Shown here in pieces: positions 1 to 11,500 of a stretch of 64,000 bases of DNA. The position numbers were made by a program, and so were the translations under genes. The notes beneath the pieces are model-generated. The model ran no database searches, was not told where the DNA came from, and worked only from the letters and a program-made list of their open reading frames with translations. Source of the DNA: a virus (lineage: Duplodnaviria > Caudoviricetes); the IMG/VR virus record IMGVR_UViG_3300031760_000005, positions 64,001 through 128,000 of that record; one strand, written 5' to 3'. Every line of letters begins with the position of its first letter. Position 1 is the first letter of the stretch.

Positions 1-309
1 ACCGCATTCCTTAAGAATCTTATGGTTTAATTCTGCATACTTATCTTCAGGGATTGGTCTATCATAAAGATGCATAGAGATTTCACAGCCTATGTCGACC
101 CCCACAGTGCGAGGATCAATGTACTTTCCAAAAGTTGAACAAAAACCAATGACTGAACCCTTTCCACAATGAGAATCTGGTTGAATTACAATTTTACAGC
201 CCTCATAAGCTTTACAATTAACAATACTATGAATTTGTTGAACAGCTTCTTGTTCAATATTATCATTAGTAACTAATGCTGATGTGTATTTACCTTTTAA
301 TGTGTACAT
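1..309 (-). CDS. rtcB: RtcB family RNA ligase (5' part; runs off window start)
   Basis: Manual translation from ATG at 309: MYTLKGKYTSALVTNDNIEQEAVQQIHSIVNCKAYEGCKIVIQPDSHCGKGSVIGF...TVGVDIGCEIS. PDxHxGKG and VGVDIGC are RtcB signature motifs. Not in the ORF track because it is truncated. Confidence 0.92.
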   Translation of the reverse strand, partial: MYTLKGKYTSALVTNDNIEQEAVQQIHSIVNCKAYEGCKIVIQPDSHCGKGSVIGFCSTFGKYIDPRTVGVDIGCEISMHLYDRPIPEDKYAELNHKILKECG

Positions 310-395
310 AATTTAAAATTTTATTTCTTTATCACAATTTGGACAAGTCTTTACAAATTCACAATTATCTAAATTACCTATGATTTTAGTCATAT

Positions 396-527
396 TTAAA
401 GTTTTGATTTTGCAAATTCTATTAATGAATCTAATGCCTCTATATCTGGATCACGATATGGATCAGGATATTCAAGTATTCCATCCATATACTCTTCCAT
501 TACTTTGATTGCTTCTTTTATATCCAT
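396..527 (-). CDS. small hypothetical protein (43 aa)
   Basis: Manual translation MDIKEAIKVMEEYMDGILEYPDPYRDPDIEALDSLIEFAKSKL*; fills a gap in the co-oriented run. Confidence 0.6.
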   Translation of the reverse strand: MDIKEAIKVMEEYMDGILEYPDPYRDPDIEALDSLIEFAKSKL

Positions 528-598
528 TTTATTAATTATTTACTCATTATTAAAACTATTAAGTAATACCATAATATCTCCAAATGTCTTTTTCCATA

Positions 599-808
599 TT
601 AATTTGATTTACTACCAAATAATATTCTGACAATAATATTAACAAGGAATAGTATTCCAATTGATTGCCAAATTGTTAGTATTGGAGCAGATGTCCAAAA
701 CATAGGAGTCAACCAATTCCAGAGTAACATAAATATCCATCCTTCAAATATTGCCATTAATGCAATAAATATAATAGCAATAACACATCCAAATAAAAAT
801 TCTTTCAT
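599..808 (-). CDS. small two-TM membrane protein
   Basis: Two hydrophobic segments; LWNWLxP motif common in small phage membrane proteins. Confidence 0.75.
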   Translation of the reverse strand: MKEFLFGCVIAIIFIALMAIFEGWIFMLLWNWLTPMFWTSAPILTIWQSIGILFLVNIIVRILFGSKSN

Positions 809-820
809 ATTACTTTTTTA

Positions 821-1645
821 TTAAATTTCTTTTAAAATTGACATTAACTTATATTTATCTGTGTCACCCCAATTCCAATGTTCAATTTCATGCTTAACTC
901 GGCAAAGATATTTCTTTGTTTTGTCAAAGTTTACACAATGTTCATAGATATTAAGATCAAGAAAATCATCATCTTTATATCTAACATATCCAGGATTACA
1001 CAATACTTCACCTGATACTTCTACTTCTTCGCAATCAAGAAGGCTATCAGTACCTGTGATTACAAATACATCTTCCCATTTCTTATCACGAATCCATCTT
1101 TCAGTTTCTTCAAATTCATTATCTTTTATATTTTGATCCTTGAAATTGGCAAATGACTTATTGATACGTTCTATTACATCACAATGCATTTCTGCAAAAG
1201 TGAAACTTGGCTCATGATTAAAGCTATATTTACCATCGCAGTAATATGCCTCACCATAATGAAGAGGAAGAACATTTTCATTGGGTTTTACAAGAAGTTC
1301 ATTGAAATATTTTATTTCAATATTTGAGATAATATTGCGATAATGAAGAATGATTGCATCCTCAAAATCAATACCTTCATGATAATACCACTCATCTCTA
1401 CGCTTTATTTCATTTACTTCATTCCAAAAATATGATAAATCAAGTTGATGTTTATTTGGAAAATTCTCATCATTACGCATATCATCCATACGATGCATGC
1501 ACCAAGTAACAACATCATTCTTTGACCAAAGTGACCAACCATCTGCATTTATGCAATGGAGCATGTCCATCCACATATTCTTCATCAGCCCGGGACGCAT
1601 TTGATACCATCCCTTACAATACAATGCTACATTTCCAAATTTCAT
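821..1645 (-). CDS. hypothetical protein
   Basis: 274 aa ORF; ATGA overlap with upstream gene. Confidence 0.8.
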   Translation of the reverse strand: MKFGNVALYCKGWYQMRPGLMKNMWMDMLHCINADGWSLWSKNDVVTWCMHRMDDMRNDENFPNKHQLDLSYFWNEVNEIKRRDEWYYHEGIDFEDAIILHYRNIISNIEIKYFNELLVKPNENVLPLHYGEAYYCDGKYSFNHEPSFTFAEMHCDVIERINKSFANFKDQNIKDNEFEETERWIRDKKWEDVFVITGTDSLLDCEEVEVSGEVLCNPGYVRYKDDDFLDLNIYEHCVNFDKTKKYLCRVKHEIEHWNWGDTDKYKLMSILKEI

Positions 1646-1950
1646 GACAAAATATATTCTGATTTAAATTTAACAATATCTGAATTACTTCTCCAAGCTT
1701 TGGTTGGTTTTGATGAGAAGATTAATGTATCTTCTTTATCCTGTTCATAATATTTCTTATTACAATACAAACGACCATCATCATATTCAACTAAAACTTC
1801 ACAATAAAAATGATCTTTATAATTCCAACGAGGATTTCGAAAATCTTTAATAAATCCCTTTCGATATGATGCATCAGTTTTAGGTACAAGAATCAAAACC
1901 ATATCTCCTACCTTAAGTGGATTACCAATTCTATCAAAATAGTCTTCCAT
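1642..1950 (-). CDS. hypothetical protein (SH3/KOW-like N-terminus)
   Basis: Likely start MEDYFDRIGNPLKVGDMV at 1950; the longer ORF-track start overlaps the upstream gene. Confidence 0.7.
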   Translation of the reverse strand: MEDYFDRIGNPLKVGDMVLILVPKTDASYRKGFIKDFRNPRWNYKDHFYCEVLVEYDDGRLYCNKKYYEQDKEDTLIFSSKPTKAWRSNSDIVKFKSEYILS

Positions 1951-1954
1951 AATT

Positions 1955-2260
1955 TTAATATCTATTTCTAATTTCTTCAGCAACGCTTTCAATAATACTA
2001 TCAATTGCTATCTGTGTCCAACTACCATATTTCCATCCAAAATCTGTACAAGCTAATTCTTCAACAATTTGTCGAATGCAATATTCAATCATTTCAAATG
2101 CATCACTACTATCTTCTTCTATATCCTCAACTTCATAATTATTATCTTTGAAATATTCTAGCATTTCATTTACGACAAATTCAAAATCAGTATCATCTAA
2201 ATACTCATTTTTTATATGTCCATTATGTCTTAAACTTCCGCAATAATATTCGTTTTTCAT
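1955..2260 (-). CDS. acidic hypothetical protein
   Basis: Likely start MKNEYYCG at 2260, just after the stop of the upstream gene. Confidence 0.7.
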   Translation of the reverse strand: MKNEYYCGSLRHNGHIKNEYLDDTDFEFVVNEMLEYFKDNNYEVEDIEEDSSDAFEMIEYCIRQIVEELACTDFGWKYGSWTQIAIDSIIESVAEEIRNRY

Positions 2261-2264
2261 ATTT

Positions 2265-2447
2265 TTAAATATCCAAAATGTCAAACAAATAATCAGGTTC
2301 AAGATCAAGTTGATCCTGAATAACATAATCTGCTTCACAAGGATTCTTCAACTTTAAAAGCAAATCACGAGTTTCTTTTACTAAATCTTCAGCATCTTCA
2401 CGAGTCATATTATCTCGCTTCATTAAAATCTTAACGACTTTATTCAT
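2265..2447 (-). CDS. small hypothetical phage protein
   Basis: 60 aa, ILMKRD...LEPDY pattern, co-oriented in operon. Confidence 0.75.
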   Translation of the reverse strand: MNKVVKILMKRDNMTREDAEDLVKETRDLLLKLKNPCEADYVIQDQLDLEPDYLFDILDI

Positions 2448-2452
2448 ATGAT

Positions 2453-2662
2453 TTAATTATTTATTGCTTCAATCCAAATAGTTTTATTTTTATCACAAAT
2501 ATAAAGATCATCTTCTTTTAAAGGAATTTCAGAAAGAGTTACTTCTTGAATTTATCCGCACATGACATCATATACCAATTCTGAATTACAAACCATATAA
2601 TCACCGATATTTTTAGTATCTCTGATTTCAATTAATTTATTTATGAAATCATTAAGTGTCAT
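2453..2662 (-). pseudogene. 69-codon ORF interrupted by in-frame TAA at codon 37
   Basis: MTLNDFINKLIEIRDTKNIGDYMVCNSELVYDVMCG*IQEVTLSEIPFKEDDLYICDKNKTIWIEAINN*; internal stop at 2552-2554; the frame continues to 5 nt before the next start. Confidence 0.6.
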
Positions 2663-2700
2663 ATTATTTAATCATTTTAATCTGTATTATATTTATATTG

Positions 2701-3003
2701 TTAAAATTTTGTTTCAATCATTACAAAACCGAACTCATCCACGTTGGGGCAATTATCAAAAATACTACCTTTATAGGAACCAATCATTTTCATCATAGGC
2801 AATATAGAACCATTTATTTCGCAAAGAGTTGTAACTCGGTCATAAAATGTTACATTATCACTATTTATAGATTCCAGAATAATATCCTTAGGATCATCAA
2901 ATCCCATATAATATGTGTGATTTTCTGTACTATAATCTGTGAGATTACCAAAAGTTACAGATTCAACCTTTTTGTAATGATCAACAGGGATAAAATTCTT
3001 CAT
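2701..3003 (-). CDS. hypothetical protein
   Basis: 100 aa ORF directly downstream of a TTGAA-N17-CTATATT motif. Confidence 0.75.
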   Translation of the reverse strand: MKNFIPVDHYKKVESVTFGNLTDYSTENHTYYMGFDDPKDIILESINSDNVTFYDRVTTLCEINGSILPMMKMIGSYKGSIFDNCPNVDEFGFVMIETKF

Positions 3004-3031
3004 ATTATTGTTTGTTTTGATTTACATATTT

Positions 3032-3060
3032 AATATAGAAACGTTATGGGAAAAATTCAA
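3032..3060 (-). promoter_or_regulatory. putative class-I (early/middle) promoter TTGAA-N17-CTATATT
   Basis: Motif recurs upstream of many non-structural operons in this window. Confidence 0.6.
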
Positions 3061-3086
3061 ACAATATATAAAAATTATGATAAAAA

Positions 3087-3112
3087 AGAAAGAGGTTGTA
3101 TAACCTCTTTCT
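3087..3112 (-). terminator. intrinsic terminator
   Basis: AGAAAGAGGTT-GTAT-AACCTCTTTCT hairpin followed by a T-run on the minus strand, downstream of GMP reductase. Confidence 0.75.
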
Positions 3113-3219
3113 ATATTCATGTTAAATTTAATTTTCACTTTTACATCATCATTTATAAACATAGAACATTATGCATATCTATAAAATGTTTATGATTATA
3201 TAAAATTAAATTGTATATA

Positions 3220-4482
3220 TTATTTATTTACTGCGTGAATTTCAGATATACTATTTATAATTAAATCAGGCGTTCCAATAAATTCATCTAATGTAGAACA
3301 ATTTGTATATGACATAGCAGAACGTAAATAACTAATCATATTATCTACCCAGCCTTTAAGAGTATATTTTACTGGTAAATATTTTGTAATTCCTTCTGCT
3401 GTTTTTGTTTTTTCGCCAGAAATTGATTTTTGTCCATCTGATGAAGCCATTCCAAAAAATTTAACGTAAATCTTTCCCAATATATCTTCACCATAATTTT
3501 TTTTAAAAATATTTATATTTTTATCTAAATTTTTATTATTTCCATTAAATATTTGTAAATACTTATTTTTTAAAGTTATTTCATTTAATATTCCTTTCCA
3601 TGATTCTCCATTACAACATACAAAATTTTCATATTCATCTATTTTAATTGGAGTTTTACCATCTTCTACAAATTTCTCTCCAGCGGATTCTATACATTGT
3701 GCAAATAAACTACCTATCATCACATAATCTGCACCAAGAGCAAGAGCTTTAATTACATGATCATAATTACGAATACCTCCATCGGCAACAATTTTAGGTA
3801 ATAAAGCTTTATTATATTTAGGTTCACCTAAGTTATCATGTAATGTTAATAGTGAACGTTTTACTTTATAACATTCATCAATAAGTGATGCTTGTGGATA
3901 ATGAATTGAGACATTTGACGTAGTGATACATCCAGAACCGCCCCCGACCCCAACTCTTATATAATCAATAATTGTATCTCCACATAGTCGGTTAAAATTA
4001 CATATCCATGCATAAGTTTCTGGATTTGCAATATTACCTGTCATTATAGTTAATTCATAATTATTTTCTATAGCCAATTTTTTGGCTTCATAACATTTAG
4101 AATACAATGACTCCATGTGACCATTGGCAATATCTACACAAATATAATAATGAACATCAGAGTTATTAATTCTATCTATATAATTATTTATAAATAAATC
4201 TTCAAATTCTTTTAATGATAATGCTACCCATTGTTTATCATTCATTATTTTTTTACGAACTTCTAAACTAATATTTCTTGGTAAAATAGGAATAATACCA
4301 TTACTATTAAAATTATCTAAATTCTTTTCATTAACAACACTTGCCATAGGTGCTGTAAAAATTGGTAATAGATTATTCTCATTAATAAATGGATTACACT
4401 CTGAACGAGAAGATATCTTAGAAATTACTGAAGGTATAATAGTGAGATCATTATATGAATAACCAGTTATGTTTTTTATCAT
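3220..4482 (-). CDS. guaC: GMP reductase / IMPDH family protein
   Basis: YNDLTIIP, VDIANGH, VGVGGGSGCITT (catalytic Cys loop), IVADGGI, KALALGADYVMIG, FFGMAS, TAEG, LRSAMSYT; no CBS domains. Confidence 0.85.
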   Translation of the reverse strand: MIKNITGYSYNDLTIIPSVISKISSRSECNPFINENNLLPIFTAPMASVVNEKNLDNFNSNGIIPILPRNISLEVRKKIMNDKQWVALSLKEFEDLFINNYIDRINNSDVHYYICVDIANGHMESLYSKCYEAKKLAIENNYELTIMTGNIANPETYAWICNFNRLCGDTIIDYIRVGVGGGSGCITTSNVSIHYPQASLIDECYKVKRSLLTLHDNLGEPKYNKALLPKIVADGGIRNYDHVIKALALGADYVMIGSLFAQCIESAGEKFVEDGKTPIKIDEYENFVCCNGESWKGILNEITLKNKYLQIFNGNNKNLDKNINIFKKNYGEDILGKIYVKFFGMASSDGQKSISGEKTKTAEGITKYLPVKYTLKGWVDNMISYLRSAMSYTNCSTLDEFIGTPDLIINSISEIHAVNK

Positions 4483-4510
4483 ATTAATATATTTATAAAT
4501 TTAACATAAT

Positions 4511-4541
4511 AATATAGATAATATAAAGATAAAAATTTCAA
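4511..4541 (-). promoter_or_regulatory. putative class-I promoter TTGAA-N19-CTATATT
   Basis: Recurrent motif upstream of guaC. Confidence 0.5.
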
Positions 4542-4544
4542 AAA

Positions 4545-4570
4545 TGAGCACCTTTGTGAAAAGGTGCTCA
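4545..4570 (-). terminator. intrinsic terminator
   Basis: TGAGCACCTTT/AAAGGTGCTCA stem with T-run on the minus strand. Confidence 0.75.
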
Positions 4571-4583
4571 ACCGCAATTTAAT

Positions 4584-4655
4584 TTCATTCTCGTTCACTT
4601 AAATTTAATACATATATAGTTTTATTAAATTCATATTTAAGTGAACGAGAATGAA
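4584..4655. repeat. 21-bp perfect inverted repeat with 30-nt spacer
   Basis: TTCATTCTCGTTCACTTAAAT (4584-4604) / ATTTAAGTGAACGAGAATGAA (4635-4655). Confidence 0.9.
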
Positions 4656-4682
4656 TGAGAATAAACGTATAATAGGTTTAAA

Positions 4683-5339
4683 TTAGTTTCCTGTTTCTAT
4701 TTGAACTTCACTTTTAATTTCTGGATCAATTTCCAAAAATTCAAAATCAAAATTAGAATATTTAAATTCTACTTTAAAAGTATCTGATTGTGCAACTGGT
4801 TGTGAATAATCAAAGTCAAGCATATCCATACTATTTACTAATGGAGAATCTAAAAGTATTCTAGAATATATAGAACCTTTTTCATTAAATATATCAATAA
4901 CAATTTTAGGTATTAATTCCTTATAATATCTATCACGAGTAAATTGATAAAAGAAATTTTCAAATAATAAAAAATAATTTAAATAACCTAATGTATGTCT
5001 AAATGTTATATTCAATGTTTTGTCTATAATGTTAATTGGAGAATCAGGGGCACGATATGAATAATCACTATGTGGATATTGAAATGCATTTTCTGCATAA
5101 CGATTAGTATTTAATAAAGGTTTAATACCTGAACTAGATTGTTGTTGTTGAAAAGTACCATTTTCAAATCCAAATACTTGCACAGTTTGAATTGTTTCAT
5201 TTAAAAAATCAATTGGTTTATGATAAAAACTATTTTTAGATTTTAAAATAGTTTCATATTTTTCTTCAATTTCTGGGCATATAAACTCTTTAGGTAACGT
5301 TATCTTAAACGCATCTCTTCTTCCTTTTAATGCGAACAT
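4683..5339 (-). CDS. tail tube-family protein (T4 gp19/gp3/gp54-like)
   Basis: Pattern F-I-LP...IQTVQV-GF...LNITFR...LDFDYS...TFKVEFKYSNF resembles the tail-tube fold; downstream of tape-measure-like gene. Confidence 0.55.
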   Translation of the reverse strand: MFALKGRRDAFKITLPKEFICPEIEEKYETILKSKNSFYHKPIDFLNETIQTVQVFGFENGTFQQQQSSSGIKPLLNTNRYAENAFQYPHSDYSYRAPDSPINIIDKTLNITFRHTLGYLNYFLLFENFFYQFTRDRYYKELIPKIVIDIFNEKGSIYSRILLDSPLVNSMDMLDFDYSQPVAQSDTFKVEFKYSNFDFEFLEIDPEIKSEVQIETGN

Positions 5340-5357
5340 ATTTTACTCTATATATAT

Positions 5358-5534
5358 TTAAACAATAATGGTTTTAACTACTCTTATATCTTTAGTGGAA
5401 ATTTTAGTCATTTGTTGATTATAACGATTTTTCTTCCATACATGTTCATTTTCCATTATTTTTACTACTTCTTCTGGTGATAGTGGTTTACTATTGAGCA
5501 AACCACTATCTGAATATAAATTATAATAAGTCAT
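5358..5534 (-). CDS. small hypothetical protein (58 aa), translationally coupled to tape measure gene
   Basis: MTYYNLYSDSGLLNSKPLSPEEVVKIMENEHVWKKNRYNQQMTKISTKDIRVVKTIIV*; TAATG overlap with the upstream stop. Confidence 0.7.
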   Translation of the reverse strand: MTYYNLYSDSGLLNSKPLSPEEVVKIMENEHVWKKNRYNQQMTKISTKDIRVVKTIIV

Positions 5535-8500
5535 TATATTTGTCCTGATAAATCATTTTTTAATTTAGTTATACTAGTTTCAATACTTGACGATTTTGTT
5601 ATTAATTGATCCATTCTATTTAAAATAGTTTTAAATTTATTTTCTACAGTATCATTAGATGAAGTTTTTTGTGAATCTTTCTTATTTTTACTTTCTGAAC
5701 TACTATTTCCTTTAGTTGATGTTGCATTATCGTCAGATGCTTTAGGCATTGTTCCACCACTTGAACTTAAACTTGAATTAGTGTCATTAGAACTTGGTTT
5801 AGATGATGCATTGTTTCCACCTCCACCTTGTGGTGTTTGACTATTTCCATTTCCATTTCCTCCATCATTAGTAAGAGATGATGTATCATCTACTTTAACA
5901 ATATTTATTTGAAGTGGATCTTTCATTATAGTTTGAATTTTTGTAATTGATTCTGAAATTAATTGATGACGTTTAGTTTGAATAGATTCCGCTTTGTCAA
6001 TTGTATCTTTAGAAAGAGCTAATTCTTCTGTAAGTTTATCAAGTATTTTAGATAAATTAGCTTCGAAATTTTTAGCAAAAGTATCTAAATCTCCAAATTT
6101 AGTAGCTAATGCATTCATAGAATTAGCCATATGTGTAATCTTGTCAATCTTACTTGTATTAAGAGAATTTATAGAACGTACATATTTAGATAATGCTTCT
6201 ACATGTTCTTTAAAATTTTTATTATTTCCAATATTATTTGTAGATGTATAAACATCGTCTATACCTTCTGAAATATTATCATAACCATCTGTACCTATAT
6301 TTTTAGCGTATTCTGATAATGATATGAAGTCATTTATTGTTTGTAAATAATTTGTAAATAAATTGTTTTCATCTTCAGAATTTTCCTTTTCTGCTATTTG
6401 TTTCTTAACTGTATATATAAATGTAATAAAATCACTTATTGTTTTAAATAATTCTCCATTCTTACTAAAGTCAACTGCTCCTATAAATGATTGTTTTATA
6501 TTTTCAATTGAGATAAGTAATTGTTTAATTATTGCTTCATCATGTGTAAATTGTTCAGTTAAATTATTATTAAATTTGTTTTTAAATAATTTACTTGTAA
6601 ATGAATTTAATCCATTATTAATTATACTACTAAGATTATTATAATCAGTAAATAATTTAGTTATTTTACTAAATATATTATTATCACCATTTTCGCCAAA
6701 ATCTGTTGTATTTTCAAATGAATTAATGATAGTCTTCATTGAAATAACTAAACCATCAATAATTTCTTTATTATTTTCGAATTGTTCTTTTATTTTATCT
6801 AATTTATTAACATATTGTTTATCTGCTGAAATTAATTGATTATTAATAATGTTATTAAGTGATTTATAATCTTCAAATAATTTAGTTATTTTACTAAATT
6901 TATTATTATCATCATTTTCAGCATTATATTTACTAACTATTTGATTTACTCTATTAATAAAATTAATTAAAGCATTAAAAATATTAATGTCAGTTTTAAC
7001 GTTATTAAGTTCTATAACTTTTTTATTAAAATTATTTGCAGATAATACATTATGTATAATGCTATATATATTAACACAATTTAATACAAATTTTTTAATT
7101 TTATCAATATTAGATTTTGCGCCATTAATTTTTTCATTATTTTCTTCATATAAATTATTAATACTAATAATACTTTTAAACATGGTATTTATAGTTTGAT
7201 AAGTTGAATTAATAGCATCAACATCTATATTAGTTTTATTAAAATTATTATATATGTTATCAATAAATCCATTTAAAATATTATTAATTCTTTCAAATAT
7301 ATTTAACACGTGTTGTTCAATTTTAATGGTTGGTACAAAATCTATAATTTCATCATTAAGTTGTTTAAGATTTTCAATCGAATTTTCTGATGCTGATACA
7401 ATACTGCTAAATATTGTATTCATTTTATTTATTTCATTTACATTTAAATTATTAAATTTAGTGAAATTATCATTTTTATCAAATATGGATGATAAACTTA
7501 AAATGCCACCTTTTGTATCACTACCATATATAATATTTTTAATATTTTGTATAATGGTATCTATATTATTTGATATATTGTTTTCTTGGTCAATTTCATT
7601 AAATACTTTAATTTCTTCAGCAATATTATTAATAATTCCAACTATATTAGTTATTCCTTCTATCACTGAATTAGCTAATGATTTTCCATTTTTATCTAAT
7701 TCAAAATTGGATAAATCTATTTTTTCTTTTCCTATACTAGCTTGTCCACTAATTACAGATATTAATGAACTTAATAACTTAACTATATTTTTTCTAGCTG
7801 CATCTATATCTAAATTTATTGTTTTTCCATTTTCATCAACAATATTTCCATTAGCATAAATTGAAAGTATTTTAGCTATTTCAGCAATTGGTGAAACCAT
7901 CATACTAATAGCTTTTGCAGCTACTAATGCAGGTATATTTGATTCAGAAGATTTTTTTCCTACTGCCCAATCCCAAAATCCTTGTTTTCCAAATAAATCT
8001 GCATTATCACCAATAGCATCAACAATACCTCTACCAATTGCAGTAATTATTTTTTGAATACGATCAATTGCTCCGTCAATTACTGTACTATTTATAGATA
8101 TAACATTACCATTTTCATCTATATATTTTTCTGAAGCAAATAATTTTATTGTTCCAACAATTGATGCTAAAGAACTTCCAATATTCTTATATAATAATGA
8201 TATATTCTTAGCAACTGGTGCAAATTTTGTAAATGCTGGATGTTCTGAAATTTCTAATATTTTATTTCCAATTATCATAAGAACATTTCCAATATTATTA
8301 CCTGCATTTGTAAAATCTTGTTCTGTTAATTGTCTATAAGCTGTTGGATTACCTTTATCGTCAAATGATATAGGCATAGCTAATTTAGAATAATCGCTGA
8401 TTCCTTTACTAATTATACCAATTACTTTACTAATTGATATTATTGAATCTATAATATTTGGTAAATTATCATTTTTTAATAAATCTGAATCTATTCCAGC

Positions 8501-11500
8501 AATAGAATTACCTAATGTTGTAATAATTTTTCCAATATTATTTGCTGCTGTTTCAAAATCAAATTTATTTAATGTAACATTATCTGATATTTTTTTACCA
8601 GTTTCGTCATATAATGGAACTGTTAAATTAGCATAATTTTTAATACTTTGAGCAATATTATTAATTACTCTACCCATCGATGCAGCACCTTTTATAATGT
8701 TGTCAAAATTAGTATTTTCTTTTCCATCAAACCAATCTTTATGTTTCTCAAATGTTGTCATTAAAGCATTACCAATAGTATCAATAATTGTGCTAATATT
8801 TGTTCCTGCATTTGTAAAATCACTTTTATCTAAACGTACAATTTTACCTGTTGGATAACCATTACTGTCATATTCTGGAACTTGCATAGATGCAAAATCT
8901 TTAACTGATTCAGCTATAACAGAAATCATATTGCCCATAGCCATACATGATTGAACAATTCTAATAAATTTATTATCAGAATCTTCGCCAAAAATGAGTC
9001 CTTTTAAACTTTTTGGTCCAGGTATATCAAACATTTCAGCTGCTCTAGGGTCATTAGATAAATCCAATATAGCTCCACCAATTACTCTAATAATTTTTTT
9101 AATATTATCAGCAGCAGCAGTAAAATCTGGGTCTTTCATTTTAGTATATTCAGCAATAGTACCATCAGGATTCCATCTAAGAGGTATATTAAGCATTGAA
9201 TATTCTTTTAAACCACTTGCAATTGAACCAATCATTTGACCCATACCTAAAACAGATTCACTTACCTTTTTAAATAATGAGTCATTTCCATCTTCAAACC
9301 AATCAGTGTTTTCATTAAATACTTGTATAATACTTTTACCTAAAGTAGAAATTATAAGAGCAATATTATCTGCTGCATTTTCAAAATCTTTTTTATCAAG
9401 CATTTTATATTCATTTTCTTTAATGGCTTTAGTATTTGGATCATAAACCGGGAATTTTAATTCTGAATATAATTTAACACCATTAGCAATATTTGAAATC
9501 ATATTACCCATATTTGAAAGTGAATCACATGTTTGAGCAAAAACGGAATCTTTTCCATCTTCAAACCAATCTTTATGTTCTTTACTAACACTAATTATTG
9601 TATTTCCTAAAATACTTATAACTGTACTAATATTTTTTGAAGCATTTATAAAATCTTTATTAGAAAGTGTTCTATTACCTTTTAACTGACCAGTTTTTTC
9701 GTCATATATAGGCATAGTTAAATTTGAAAAATCTTTAATTCCTGACGCAATTTTTGAAATTAGATTAGCCAATTTTGTATTAGCATTAATTGTATTAGTA
9801 AATGGAGAATTACCACCAATTAAGCCTTTTTCATCATACATATCTTTATTTGAATTATATGTGGCTATAATAGATGCACCTAATGTAGATAATATTAACT
9901 TAATATTATTTGATGCTTTAATAAAATCAGAACTATCAAGTGTTCTATTACCTTTTAATTGGCCAGTTTTTTCGTCATATATAGGTACAGTAAAATTAGC
10001 ATAATCTTTAACTGCACGTGCTATAGTTGATATTAATGATGCTAATTTCATATTAGCACTAATAGTTCTAGTAAATGGTGATGAACCGCCAAATCCAAAT
10101 ATACCTCCAGTTGTTTCATAATAATCTGGATGTAATTCATATGCTTTTATAATAGCACCACCAAGCATAGTAATTATTGATGTTATACATGCAGAAGCTT
10201 CTTTAAAATGTGATTCACTAAGTCTTTCTTTACCTACTAATTCGCCTTTTTCATTATATTTTGGTACAGTAAAATTAGCATAATCTTTAACTGCACGCGC
10301 TATAGTTGATATTAATGATGCTAATTTCATATTAGCACTAATAGTTCTAGTAAATGGTGATGAACCACCAAATCCAAATATACCTCCAGTTGTTTCGTAA
10401 TAATCTGGATGTGCTTTATATGCATCTATAATAGCATTACCAAGCACAGAAATTATTGTTGATATACATGTAGAAGCTTTTGTAAAATGTGATTCACCAA
10501 TGCTTTCTTTACCTATTAATTGACCAGTTTTTTCATCATATATAGGTGCTGTAAAATTCGCATAATCTTTAATACCACTTGATATTCTAGATATTAATGA
10601 ACCTAATTTACTTAATGCCATAGTAACTTTAGCAAATTTAGATCTGCCATACCAATTAGTTTCAAACATTTCAGGATTATTATCATATACAGATACAACA
10701 GCTTTACTTAATGTTGTTATAACAATTCCTATATTTTTTGCGGCGTTTTCAAAATCTGTTTTATCTAATTTATTATATTTAACTATTTTTGTACCATTAT
10801 ATTCAGGTACAACTAAACTTGCATAATTTTTAACTGAACGTGCAATTTTAGATAATAAATTTCCTAATGTAGATATTGATGTTACGATCATCGCAAATTT
10901 AAATCCTTTAAATAATTTTGGATTTTTATTATAAGTATTTAATACAGCATTTCCTAATGTAGTAATTACAATAGATACATTTGTACTTGCATTTTTAAAA
11001 TCTTCTGTTTTAAGAGATCTATAACCAACAATTTTTGTTCCTTCATATATTGGAACTCTTAATGATGCATAATCTTTAACAGATTTAGCAATTTTACTTA
11101 ATGCATTACTTAAAGAAATAATAGTATAAGAAGCTATAGATATTATTGGTGAAATTCCAATAATAGATTTTAATGAAAATGCAATTTCCATAAATCCTTT
11201 AATTCCATTAATAATTGGTTTAGGATTAAATCCCTTAACCTTTTCCATTGCAACCATAGAATCTGCTATCATCTTCATAGCTTTACCAGCATAATAAACT
11301 ATTGCAACTATAGCACCAAGCGCAGCTATACCAGCAATTAAAGCTGCAGTACCAAAACCACTTAATGTTAATGCACCTAATCCTATAGCTAATGCTGTTA
11401 CTCCTAAAATAATTGTACCCATTTGAAGTAAAACCATCCATGTTTTCTTTAAATCATAGTCTTGACCAATTTTTGCAATTTTACCAATAACTGTTGCGCA

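Noticed and set aside
2656-3033. 125-aa plus-strand ORF and similar short opposite-strand or alternate-frame ORFs (e.g. 19721-20077, 29331-29657, 39347-39910, 41571-41885, 43031-43228, 43773-43988, 48804-49193, 57176-57478, 59348-59731, 62296-62568)
   Set aside because: They overlap better-supported genes and have no motifs or expression signals.
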